Shown here piece after piece: positions 1-8,572 of a stretch of 64,000 nt of DNA; positions within the stretch are counted from its first letter, which is position 1, and each line of letters begins with the position of its first letter. The DNA comes from an uncultured bacterium (GTDB lineage: Bacteria; Verrucomicrobiota; Lentisphaeria; Victivallales; UBA1829): NCBI GenBank assembly GCA_902802585.1, contig CADCMR010000012.1, positions 229 through 64,228 of the forward strand. Direction: 5' to 3'. A program made the position numbers and the translations under genes. Below the pieces are notes generated by a model. It did no database searches. It was not told the origin of the DNA and saw only the letters and a program-made list of their open reading frames with translations.

Positions 1-144
1 CCGCGCGAGTACAGCGAGGAGAGCGCCGCCTACGACATGCGGGTGTTCCTCCTCCAGCATTGTCGCCTCAGGTGAACTTATCGTCTCTTCTGGGGGAAGG
101 GTCAGCGATACAATAGTTGAAGAAGATGGGAGTTTCAGGATGGC

Positions 145-945
145 ATGGAAGCAATACTCAATGCCAAGTACAGGCGGAAATGCCGCTGCTCCAAAACGGG
201 AAAAGTGTACTGGCACCACCCGCACCTCAAAAGGGACAACAAGCAAGTACACCTCATCAGATACGCGGATGACTTCATAATCACAGGAAATTCGAAAGAA
301 ATCCTAGAAAACGAAGTCAAGCCCATGATAGAGAAATTCCTTACAGAGCGCGGACTGGAATTATCGGCTGAAAAGACGGTAATTACCTCAATCAACGATG
401 GATTCGACTTTCTCGGCTTCAACATCAGAGTATTCAACAAAATACTACTAATTAGACCGGCAGAGAAAAGAGTCAAGAGACTAAAAGACAAAATCAGCGA
501 AACAATAAAGCAAATGAAAGGCAAATCCGCCTTAGTGCTCATTGATAAGCTGAATCCAATCATCCGCGGATGGACGAACTATTATCGATTCGTCAACAGT
601 AGCAAAACATACTCAGAGGTGAACAGCTACACATGGGAACACATCTGGGAATGGGCAAAACGCAGACATCCGCACAAAGGCAAGAGATGGATCAAACACA
701 AATACTTTACCCGAATCAACAATCGAGACTGGCGATTCTTCGCGAGAAGAAAAGACGGAACAATGGCGATCTTAATTGATCCCTCTGAACACCGAATCTT
801 ACGCCACGTCAAGATCAAAAGCGAGAATAATCCGTTTGATGCGAAAGACCGCGAATACTTCGCGAAACGCAAACGAGACGGAGTAATCGCAAAACCAAAA
901 GAACTTCCAAACGAGCTGGATGCCGAGGAATCGGTGTCTTATTAA
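145..945 (+). pseudogene. Group II intron-encoded reverse transcriptase/maturase, C-terminal half only (no HNH endonuclease motifs seen)
   Basis: Contains HLIRYADDFIITG (YADD box), FDFLGFNI (RT7-like) and NPIIRGWTNYYRF (domain X). The N-terminal RT motifs are absent and the frame is closed upstream. Confidence 0.8.
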
Positions 946-950
946 GGCTT

Positions 951-1020
951 GAGCCGTATGCGGGGAAACTCGCACGTACGGTTCTTAGGGGGGAGGAGAC
1001 TGGTAACAGTCCCCTCCTAC
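951..1020 (+). ncRNA. Group II intron ribozyme domain V (951-984) and domain VI-like hairpin (985-1020)
   Basis: GAGCCGUAUGCGGGGAAACUCGCACGUACGGUUC folds as the canonical 34-nt domain V: AGC triad, 2-nt CA bulge and GAAA tetraloop. The downstream hairpin GGAGGAGACUG/CAGUCCCCUCC ends in AC, like a 3' splice site. Confidence 0.8.
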
Positions 1021-1034
1021 CCGATTACCGTCAC

Positions 1035-1361
1035 GTGGGACCGAGAGTCCTGATCTCGCGTGACGGAAGAAAATACCGCGAAACCGTCGTGGCACAGTTC
1101 CAGGACAAGCCGCATCCGGAATTCGAGGGTCCGATAGAGCTCTATGCCGAGTTCTATCCCCCTGATTCCAGGCGGAGAGATCTGGATAATCTGCTCAAAT
1201 GCACACAGGATACGCTTCAGCACGCTGGCCTCTATGGCGACGACTCGCAGATCGCGCAAATCAATATCATCAAAAGAGAACCGATGCCCCCGAACGGGCT
1301 GGTCTATATAAGGCTTCAAGACTATCATGAACAAGCAGGAAAATATTCGCACCAACCGTGA
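1035..1361 (+). CDS. rusA: RusA-family Holliday junction resolvase, N-terminally truncated at the intron 3' end (possibly a pseudogene)
   Basis: The RRRDLDNLLKCTQDTLQHAGLYGDDSQI motif (DxDN..K...D) is typical of RusA. The in-frame sequence DYRHVGPRVLISRDGRKYRE starts right at ~1021, but the usual N-terminal LPxPPSxN segment is missing. Only a GTG start remains. Confidence 0.7.
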   Translation: MGPRVLISRDGRKYRETVVAQFQDKPHPEFEGPIELYAEFYPPDSRRRDLDNLLKCTQDTLQHAGLYGDDSQIAQINIIKREPMPPNGLVYIRLQDYHEQAGKYSHQP

Positions 1362-1548
1362 CATCGTGCACGACTTCGTTACCCACATCGAGAACGAACA
1401 GATCCGTCTGATATGCTTCCTGTGGAGCAGAGGCTATTCCGACGAGGACGTGAAACGCAAGCTGAAACTCACGTGGCCCCGGCTCCATGAACTCAAGGCG
1501 CAGGTCTATGACGGCCTGCTCGCCGCCGGAATCAAGCTGAGGACGTAA
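1327..1548 (+). CDS. Small hypothetical protein, possible HTH (sigma-70 region 4 / LuxR-like pattern)
   Basis: 73-aa ORF in the same orientation as its neighbours. The segment IRLICFLWSRGYSDEDVKRKLKLTWPRLHELKAQV resembles a C-terminal HTH. It ends 3 nt before the helicase start. Confidence 0.45.
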   Translation: MNKQENIRTNRDIVHDFVTHIENEQIRLICFLWSRGYSDEDVKRKLKLTWPRLHELKAQVYDGLLAAGIKLRT

Positions 1549-1551
1549 CCA

Positions 1552-3201
1552 ATGGTCTTGCGACTGTATCAGAAAGATGCGGTCGAAGCTGTTTACAACC
1601 ATCTCCGGGAAAAAGACAACAATCCATGCGTAGTCATCCCGACTGGCGGAGGCAAGACCCCCGTCCTGGCAACCATCATCCGCGACGCAATCGTCAAATG
1701 GGACGGACGGGTGCTTCTCCTGACCCATGTGAAGGAGCTGCTCCTTCAGGCGGAGGAAAAGCTCCGTATGATCGCCGGCGACATCGACATGGGCATCTAC
1801 TCCGCCGGACTCAGACGCAGGGAACTTGACCACAAGTGCATCCTGGCCGGAATCCAGTCGGTCTACAAAAGAGCCAAGGAGCTCGGATTCTTCAATCTGG
1901 TCATAATCGATGAGGTCCATATGGTACCAAGTGAGGGCCATGGACGGTATCGGACGCTCCTTGCCGATCTCAAGGAAATCAATCCGAGCCTGCGGATCAT
2001 CGGCCTCACGGCGACTCCGTATCGGACGACCACTGGGATGATCTGCACGGAAGACGGGATTCTGAACGAGATCTGCTACGAAATCAGCGTGAAGACGCTC
2101 ATCGAGCAGCATTATCTCTGCCCGCTCCGCACACGCATCGCGGAAAACGAAGTCCAGACGGACGGCATCGCAATTCGGAACGGCGAGTTCGAGGCGGATG
2201 AGATGGAACGCACCATGCGCGAGGGCGACAATGTGGAACGCGCCTGCGCGGAAATTCTTCACGTCACGCGAGACCGGCACTCAGTTCTCGTGTTCTGCGC
2301 GGGGCTGGATCACGCCGCGGATGTCATCCGCGAACTGCGGAAGTCCGGTGCACGGACGGAAGGAGTCTTCGGAGATACGCTCCCCGCCTTCCGGGCACAG
2401 TACATCCAGGATTTCAAGGTCGGCGTAATCAAGTACCTTGTCAACGTCGGCGTTTTCACTACGGGCTTCGATGCCCCGAACATTGATGCCGTGGCCATGC
2501 TCAGGCCGACATGCTCGCCCGGGCTTTACTACCAGATGATCGGGAGAGGTCTTCGCCTCAGCGACACCAAGGAGAACTGCCTTGTCCTGGATTTCGCCGG
2601 GAACGCTATGCGGCATGGCCCGATCGACATGCTCGCTCCCGCCGCAAAAGAAGGCAAGGAACGCGAAGTCAAACCGAAGATGTGCCCGCAGTGCCGGACC
2701 GTGGTGCCGCCGAGGACGATGATCTGCCCTGAGTGCGGATTCGCATGGGAACCGGCACCTCCAAGCGAGCCGAACCACAACGCCAAGTTCGACCCGTCGG
2801 CTCCCATCCTGTCCGGGATGAGGGAAGACACGGTCTACGAGGTGCACGGCATGGATTTCTACGAGCACCGGAAACGCAACAGCCCTGATGCTCCGCCGAC
2901 CGTGCGCGTGGATTACCACATCGACATGCTCACGAACTTCTCCGAGTGGCTCTGCCCCGAACATACCGGCTACGCCAGAACGAAATTTGAACGCTGGTGG
3001 AACAAACATGCCCCGGGATGCCCGCCGCCACAGACCGTGCAGGACACGCTCTTCCTCGCCAGAGAGGGAGCCGTGAGCATGCCCAAAACCATCAAGGTCA
3101 GAACCGAATCCGGAAAGAAGTTCCCGGAAATCGTCAGCTGCAAGTTCGATCCGAGACCAGCGCCGGCGACGGATGCGGAACTAGCGGCAATCCCGTTCTG
3201 A
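1552..3201 (+). CDS. Superfamily 2 DEAD/DEAH-type helicase (phage/plasmid type) with C-terminal zinc ribbon
   Basis: Walker A is VVIPTGGGKT, motif II is IIDEVH, motif III is LTATP and motif VI is QMIGRGLR. A CPQC...CPECG zinc ribbon follows. Confidence 0.9.
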   Translation: MVLRLYQKDAVEAVYNHLREKDNNPCVVIPTGGGKTPVLATIIRDAIVKWDGRVLLLTHVKELLLQAEEKLRMIAGDIDMGIYSAGLRRRELDHKCILAGIQSVYKRAKELGFFNLVIIDEVHMVPSEGHGRYRTLLADLKEINPSLRIIGLTATPYRTTTGMICTEDGILNEICYEISVKTLIEQHYLCPLRTRIAENEVQTDGIAIRNGEFEADEMERTMREGDNVERACAEILHVTRDRHSVLVFCAGLDHAADVIRELRKSGARTEGVFGDTLPAFRAQYIQDFKVGVIKYLVNVGVFTTGFDAPNIDAVAMLRPTCSPGLYYQMIGRGLRLSDTKENCLVLDFAGNAMRHGPIDMLAPAAKEGKEREVKPKMCPQCRTVVPPRTMICPECGFAWEPAPPSEPNHNAKFDPSAPILSGMREDTVYEVHGMDFYEHRKRNSPDAPPTVRVDYHIDMLTNFSEWLCPEHTGYARTKFERWWNKHAPGCPPPQTVQDTLFLAREGAVSMPKTIKVRTESGKKFPEIVSCKFDPRPAPATDAELAAIPF

Positions 3202-3248
3202 CCGACAGCTCCGACAAAGTTATTTTGAACCAAAAACCAATCAACCCC

Positions 3249-3578
3249 ATGAAAGGAAACGAAACCATGAGCTGGGGAACCTATTATCAATACAACGGTT
3301 ATCTTTCCCACATCGGAAAGAACGAAATCGAAAGCAAGCGCGAAGAGTGCAACTCCATCAACGATATGCTCTGGCGCGAAATCCTGGCCTACATGGCCGC
3401 CACGCCTCCCGCCTACGCGAAAGACGACGAAGGCCACGAATACCCGTGGGCAGAATTCATCGCAATGAAGCTCCGCGAGCTCCGCGAGGAGATCGAAGAC
3501 AACAACATGCTCATTGCCCGTCTGGACGACTGCGACGAAGCTCTGCGCGAAAACCCCGAAAACGTAACCGAAGGATGA
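3249..3578 (+). CDS. Hypothetical protein
   Basis: The ATG at 3249 lies downstream of the helicase stop and in frame with track ORF 2997..3578. The product is acidic and helical, with no recognisable family. Confidence 0.5.
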   Translation: MKGNETMSWGTYYQYNGYLSHIGKNEIESKREECNSINDMLWREILAYMAATPPAYAKDDEGHEYPWAEFIAMKLRELREEIEDNNMLIARLDDCDEALRENPENVTEG

Positions 3579-3585
3579 CATCATT

Positions 3586-3804
3586 ATGGGAAAAGAAAAA
3601 GACTACCGCGAACAGATCGACCGCTCCGTGAAGCGTCTGGCGAAGGCGCTGAACATCATCGAAGCCCTGCACCAGGACCTCGAATTCGTGTTCGAGCACA
3701 CGGACTGGAACTCCGAGGTCAACTGGCAGATCGAGGAAGCGGCATCGAAGCTCGGCTTTGCCCTCGCCACGCTCAATAACTGGTACGATGATGCGGAGGA
3801 CTGA
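3586..3804 (+). CDS. Hypothetical protein
   Basis: 72-aa ORF tightly packed between neighbours. Its stop lies 2 nt before the primase ATG. Confidence 0.5.
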   Translation: MGKEKDYREQIDRSVKRLAKALNIIEALHQDLEFVFEHTDWNSEVNWQIEEAASKLGFALATLNNWYDDAED

Positions 3805-3806
3805 TC

Positions 3807-6026
3807 ATGTGCGTCTTCGATCCGAAAATTCCCGCGGATTACCTGCGGGCGGGACTCTCCGTCCTGCCCGCAAAACGCGCGAAGAAGTTCCCGTCCATCG
3901 GGAGCTGGAAGACCTACCGCGACCGCCTGCCGACCGAAATCGAGGTCGAAACGTGGTTTTCCAATAACCACGATGCTCTCTGCCTTGTCTGCGGAAAGGT
4001 CTCCGGCAACCTCGAAATTCTCGACTTCGACCACAATGGCGAGCTGTTCCCCGTGTGGAAAGACCGCATCGACCCGGAACTGTTTGCCAGACTCGTGGTC
4101 GAGAAGACCCCGTCCGGCGGATACCATGTCGCGTATCGCGCTACGTCCCCTGTCTGCGGGAACATCAAGCTTGCCCACGGCAGGCGCGAAAACGACAAGC
4201 TTGTCACGCTCATCGAGACCCGCGGCGAAGGCGGTCTCTTCCTCTGTGACCCGTCCGAGGGATACAAGCTCATCCAGAACAGCTTCCTGGACCTGCCTGT
4301 CCTCTCGGACGAGGAACGAGAAGACTTGCTCTCCGCCGCATACGCCTTGAACGAACACGCGCCCGAAGTCCGACATGATTCTATTTCGCCGGTCATGACA
4401 GGTGAATTCGTCATCCGACCAGGCGACGACTTCAATGCCCGCGGAGATTTCCGTTCGCTCCTGCTCCGGCACGGCTGGACTCCGCTCCATAAGGACGGGA
4501 CCAACGAGTATTTCCGGCGTCCGGGCAAGAACTCCGGCGGGCAGTCCGCCAGCTTCAACGGGAAGGTGTTCTACGTGTTCTCCAGCAATGCCGCGCCGTT
4601 CGAGCCGGGAGCCTACTCCCCGTTCAACGCCTACGCCATCCTGGAACATGACGGCGACTTCACCGCCGCCGCGAACGCCCTGCTTGAAGCCGGATACGGC
4701 AAGGCCGCAGAGCCGCCGAAGGCAGATATATCCGCCATCCTTGCCGAGGGAGTCCAGGAGCAGAAGCCAGAAAAACTGTTCCCAGACCCCGGTCCAATGC
4801 CCGATGAGCTGTTCAATGTCCCCGGCTTCATCCGGGAATACATGAGACTGAGCGAAGAGTCGGCCTATTACCCGAACAGAATTCTGGCGCTCGGTGGCGG
4901 CCTGGCTTTCTTGTCCCTCATGATCGGCCGCATCTACAAGAACTCCCGCGGAACACATCCGAACATCTACTGGATCTCACTCGCGGATTCCGGCACCGGC
5001 AAGGAACACGCCCGCCAGGTGAACAAGTTTCTCGCATTCAAAGCGGGCATGACGTACCTCATCGGCGACAACTTCGCATCCGGAGAAGGTTTGGAAGACG
5101 CAATGTACGCGACAAAGAAGAAGCTGTTCATGCTCGATGAAATGGACACTCTGTTCAACAGCATGAAGCAGAAGGACAACAGGTCCGAGGTTATCATGCA
5201 GCGTCTCCTGTCGTTCTACAGCTCCGTCAATACGTTCTATTCCGTGCGGGCCAGAGTCAAAAAGGACAACGACTCCTTCGGCGGCGTCATCATCAATCCG
5301 TATCTCGTCCTCTACGGCACAGCTCTGCCGAAGTATTTCTACGGCGCGCTGGAGGAACGAGTCCTCGAAAACGGTCTCATTCCCCGAATGCTTATCGCGG
5401 ATGCTGGCGGACGAGGCAAATACGGCAATCCGCATGACATGTTCCTTACCCAGGACATGGCCGAGATGCTGAAGGTCCTGAAGAACAAGGCCGAAGAGGG
5501 CGGGAATCTGACAAGCGAGAACCCGGATATCCGCGTCATCCCCGAAACGGACAGCGCCACGGCGGAACAGGATAGATGCCGCGCATTCAGCGACGAGCAG
5601 AGCGAATTCTACCGTCAGAAGAATGAACACGCCGCTTATGTCCTTTGGAACCGTGCGAACGAGAAGATCAACAAACTTGCCATGCTCTATGCAGTCAGCC
5701 AAAACGTGTACGACCCAATCATCAACGAAGAAGCCGTCAAATGGGCCCGCGATCTCGTGGTCTACCTGACACGCAAGATGCTGTTCATGGCCGACAGCTA
5801 TTCCTACGTCGACAGGTTCGACCAGGACTGCAAGAAAGCACTGAACGTCATCCGCGAAAACGGCGGTAACTGCATGCACAGCACCCTTGCACGAGCTGTC
5901 CGCAGACCTGCCGACTACCTCAAGAAAGTGGTCGCCACTCTCGTGGGACGCGAAGCCATCATCGAAACCATCGTTTCAAAGGAGGACGGCGCAGGCAGAC
6001 CCGGCAAGTATTACAGGCTCCTGTAA
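3807..6026 (+). CDS. Bifunctional primase-polymerase (PrimPol N-terminal domain) fused to a DUF3987-like P-loop NTPase
   Basis: PrimPol motifs are LEILDFDH, EKTPSGGYHVAYR and ETRGEGGLFLCDPSEGY. The C-terminal half has Walker A-like SLADSGTGKEH and Walker B LFMLDEMD. Confidence 0.88.
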   Translation: MCVFDPKIPADYLRAGLSVLPAKRAKKFPSIGSWKTYRDRLPTEIEVETWFSNNHDALCLVCGKVSGNLEILDFDHNGELFPVWKDRIDPELFARLVVEKTPSGGYHVAYRATSPVCGNIKLAHGRRENDKLVTLIETRGEGGLFLCDPSEGYKLIQNSFLDLPVLSDEEREDLLSAAYALNEHAPEVRHDSISPVMTGEFVIRPGDDFNARGDFRSLLLRHGWTPLHKDGTNEYFRRPGKNSGGQSASFNGKVFYVFSSNAAPFEPGAYSPFNAYAILEHDGDFTAAANALLEAGYGKAAEPPKADISAILAEGVQEQKPEKLFPDPGPMPDELFNVPGFIREYMRLSEESAYYPNRILALGGGLAFLSLMIGRIYKNSRGTHPNIYWISLADSGTGKEHARQVNKFLAFKAGMTYLIGDNFASGEGLEDAMYATKKKLFMLDEMDTLFNSMKQKDNRSEVIMQRLLSFYSSVNTFYSVRARVKKDNDSFGGVIINPYLVLYGTALPKYFYGALEERVLENGLIPRMLIADAGGRGKYGNPHDMFLTQDMAEMLKVLKNKAEEGGNLTSENPDIRVIPETDSATAEQDRCRAFSDEQSEFYRQKNEHAAYVLWNRANEKINKLAMLYAVSQNVYDPIINEEAVKWARDLVVYLTRKMLFMADSYSYVDRFDQDCKKALNVIRENGGNCMHSTLARAVRRPADYLKKVVATLVGREAIIETIVSKEDGAGRPGKYYRLL

Positions 6027-6049
6027 AAGCGCCGAAGACGGGTGTGTAC

Positions 6050-6250
6050 GGAAATGGGAAAGAGTGGAAAGAATAGCCGTTAAGAGGCTGAAAACGGATG
6101 AACGTCTTGGAATGAATGGAGAAAGCAAAGTAAAGAATTAAAGAGAAAGAGATATATAAATTATTATATATGAATATATATTATATGTTTTATTTATATT
6201 GTTCCTTCTTTCCATTCTTTTCTCTATGCTTCTTCTGAACCCCGTTTTCC
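6050..6250. promoter_or_regulatory. Candidate replication origin: AT-rich core (6151-6201) flanked by inverted GA-rich/GGAAAGA repeat arms
   Basis: The left arm is gGGAAAGAgtGGAAAGAat...aatGGAGAAAGcaaag...AAAGAGAAAGAG. The core is an almost pure A/T run. The right arm ttCCTTCTTTCCattCTTTTCTC is the reverse complement of GGAAAGAAGG-type units. It lies immediately 3' of the primase-NTPase gene. Confidence 0.4.
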
Positions 6251-6395
6251 CTCTCCGTGTATAAAGAGTGTGTGGCAAGAAATGAAATGCCCTTCATGCC
6301 CCATTCCACGCTCCTCCTTCCTATGGTTACGAAACAGCTGTCAGAGTGACCGTTAGCCCCCCGAAACCGAGCTTAACAGCCAGGAACATGACCGT

Positions 6396-6467
6396 AAAAA
6401 AGCCGGCGGAGCGATTCTCCGTCGGCGACCCTTAACCTCTTGAGGAATGGGATTATTCTTCAAAAAG
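6396..6467 (-). ncRNA. Candidate small RNA B (about 70 nt)
   Basis: Minus-strand promoter: TTGACT (plus coords 6497-6502), 16-nt spacer, TAGATT (6475-6480). About 45 nt downstream is an intrinsic terminator GCCGACGGAG-aaucg-CUCCGCCGGC plus UUUUUU (plus coords 6396-6426). No ORF is present. Confidence 0.3.
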
Positions 6468-6512
6468 GCCCTATAATCTACACCCAAAACGCGAAAAGTC
6501 AAATTTCAGCCT

Positions 6513-6603
6513 CGAAAACAAGAAAGCCGGCGATTGGAGAAGCAACCGCCGGCAAGCCGACTGGCTTGAAAGAAAGGAGGCAGCCGTCGGCACATAGGAG
6601 GGT
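6513..6603 (-). ncRNA. Candidate small RNA A (about 90 nt) with a CCUCCUUUCU (anti-Shine-Dalgarno-like) hairpin loop
   Basis: Minus-strand promoter: TTGACT (6633-6638), 17-nt spacer, TATTGT (6610-6615) preceded by TGC. A hairpin GCCGAC/GUCGGC (6556-6590) has a pyrimidine-rich loop. The terminator is GCCGGCG/CGCCGGC plus UUUCUUGUUUUC (6513-6553). Confidence 0.35.
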
Positions 6604-6938
6604 GGCTATACAATAGCACGGGATTGCGGAAAAGTCAAGTCCCTACGCTGAGCTTCGACGCAATTCGTCGCGTTCCTGGGCGTCGCCACCGCGCGACAGG
6701 CATCCGGCGTGAATCTTTTAACACGCCGGACGCTATCAAGCGCAGGAGATACCCCGGCGGTGCCTTTCTGGTCGTCGAGACAGGATAGCGGTCACGCCGG
6801 AAATAACGGAAACGCGAGAAACGGCCCTGTTTCGCGCGACAGGAAAGCGCGAGCATGAGGTCGCGCCTGGTCGAAAGCCCCCCTCAAATCGCCCCAAAAC
6901 GCCGATTTTCGGCTTTCCTCGAAAATACCACAGGGCCG

Positions 6939-6962
6939 AAAAAACCGACCTCGAAAAGGTCG
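6939..6962 (-). terminator. Weak intrinsic terminator-like hairpin about 270 nt downstream of the ATPase gene
   Basis: On the minus strand it reads CGACCU-uuucg-AGGUCG followed by GUUUUUU. The stem is only 6 bp. Confidence 0.3.
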
Positions 6963-7234
6963 CATAAGGTACTCCTTGAGTATCAATGGCTTATAGCGCC
7001 GCGGAAGGACTCCCCCTAATAGGCAGAGTTTCCGCAGCTGTCCGAGTTTTTTATTTCCCTGCCGTTTAGGGGGTTGCTGAGGCGATTTGACAGGGCTTGC
7101 GGGCATCTGCCGGTTTGGAGGCGTGTCGGAAAGACGCGACAGATCGCGTTTGGCTGATGAACCCCTTGTAAACCTAATATCGAATGTTGGATTTACAAAC
7201 CTTGGAATGCCTTTACACCAGTTCGGCAAATACA

Positions 7235-8539
7235 TCAGCAATGTCCGATCAGGTACTTCCATATCGGAATGACCTGAATGCCGCCTTCGAGCGTTTCCTC
7301 TTCGTTCCAGGTAACAACGAGCATCTTCTTGATGCCCGTGCTTTTACCGGCTTTCAGAAGCGGGGTGATTTCCCGTTTCCTCGTCTCCGCATCCGCGAGA
7401 GACCACGAAACCTGAATCAACTGCTTCTCGTGGGTGATTTTGTTGGAAGCGTAGAAGTCCACTTCCTTCCGGTCGGACGTGATGACGTAGTCGACGTCGA
7501 AGCCAGTCCGGTGCAGATGGAGATAAACGAGGTTTTCGAGAAGCCAGCCTTTGTTCGCTTCGGGATCGTCATCCATTGCGCGGACCAGACCGACGTCAAT
7601 CATGTACACTTTGTTCGGATTGACCATCTTCGCCTTTTCAGACCTTGAATGCAGAGCTGTCCGGAACACGATGAAAGCCTCTTCCAGATAGTCCATGAAT
7701 TCCAGCAGGTCGGCTTTCGAGCATTTGACCTGCATCCCAGTGCTGAGTGTTTTCGAGAAGCCGGAAACGCTGAATTTCTGAGCATTGGACTGATACAGCG
7801 CGTTCAGCAACAGCCGTAACGCCACGGTATTGGTTACCTTGTGGCGTTCAATGACGTCTTTGAACATCACGAGGTCATTGTACTCCTGCAGGATTTTGAT
7901 CCTGGTCGACAAATCGGGAGCGCCGTAGACTTCGGGAAAGCCTCCGAGCTGGAAATAGTTCTCCATTTCGTGGCGGAGATATGCGATATCATCATCGGAA
8001 AGATATTCTGGGATGGTATCAAAGACATGGTGATATTGCAGATACTCCCGGAAGGAGAACGGCATGATTTCGGCGTTGATGGATCTGCCTCGCATTGCCG
8101 TGGAGATTTCGGCGGTAAGAAGTTTGGAGGATGATCCCGTAAGAACAATGTGGATGTCGGTGGTATCCAGAAGACGTCGGACAAAGCGTTCCCATCCGTC
8201 TACATTTTGGACTTCATCGAAGAAGAACCAGCATTCTCTCTTCCGATTGTCGGGATAGAGGCTGTAATATGCGTCAAGGATGTTCTGGCAATCCTTCAAC
8301 TGGAGCCCGGAAAGTCGGTCATCCTCGAAGTTCAGGTAAAGGATTTGATTCCTGTTGGTTCCGGAATCAAGCAGTTCACGCATCTTCTGGTAGCAGAAAC
8401 TGGTTTTGCCGGCACGTCTCATCCCGGTTATGACAGTTGCTTTCCCCGCCAGAACAGGGAACATCTGCTCCCGCTTCACGATGTAACTGAGGTCCTTGGA
8501 CTGGAACTCAAGTATGATCTTTCTCAAGATTTCAAGCAT
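7235..8539 (-). CDS. AAA+ ATPase of the AAA_14/DUF4143 (COG1373-like) family
   Basis: Walker A is VITGMRRAGKTS and Walker B is WFFFDEVQ. The C-terminal region has the typical DUF4143 pattern (...GGFPEV..., ...EVDFY...). AGGAGG lies 5 nt upstream of the ATG at 8539; the track uses the GTG at 8545. Confidence 0.85.
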   Translation of the reverse strand: MLEILRKIILEFQSKDLSYIVKREQMFPVLAGKATVITGMRRAGKTSFCYQKMRELLDSGTNRNQILYLNFEDDRLSGLQLKDCQNILDAYYSLYPDNRKRECWFFFDEVQNVDGWERFVRRLLDTTDIHIVLTGSSSKLLTAEISTAMRGRSINAEIMPFSFREYLQYHHVFDTIPEYLSDDDIAYLRHEMENYFQLGGFPEVYGAPDLSTRIKILQEYNDLVMFKDVIERHKVTNTVALRLLLNALYQSNAQKFSVSGFSKTLSTGMQVKCSKADLLEFMDYLEEAFIVFRTALHSRSEKAKMVNPNKVYMIDVGLVRAMDDDPEANKGWLLENLVYLHLHRTGFDVDYVITSDRKEVDFYASNKITHEKQLIQVSWSLADAETRKREITPLLKAGKSTGIKKMLVVTWNEEETLEGGIQVIPIWKYLIGHC

Positions 8540-8572
8540 GGCCACCTCCTGATATTGATTGATGTTGGAGAT

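Larger units (their letters stand above)
145..1020 (+). mobile_element. Group II intron, 3' remnant (5'-truncated; ribozyme domains I-III and RT domains 0-4 absent)
   Basis: The ORF has the RT domain 5 motif RYADDFII and the maturase/thumb motif IRGWTNYYRF. A 34-nt domain V (951-984) starts 5 nt after its stop, followed by a domain VI-like hairpin ending ...CCUAC near 1020. Stops in the RT frame at 73-75 and 118-120 show the upstream RT part is missing. Confidence 0.8.

Noticed and set aside
145-945. The reverse transcriptase as part of a retron or diversity-generating retroelement.
   Set aside because: The YADD context, the domain X motif RGWTNYYRF and the adjacent domain V identify it as a group II intron protein. 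No msr/msd-like or TR/VR repeats were seen.
1270-4958. Minus-strand ORFs 1270..2280, 2281..3009, 2970..3584 and 3603..4958, opposite the helicase and primase genes.
   Set aside because: The plus-strand genes carry helicase and PrimPol motifs. The antisense products are featureless.
6792-7262. 156-aa minus-strand ORF, and its internal 57-aa version with an AAGGAG SD at 6965.
   Set aside because: The product is Arg/Phe/Pro-rich and low-complexity. It overlaps the ATPase 3' end, and the terminator-like hairpin falls within its first codons. It is not convincing as a gene.
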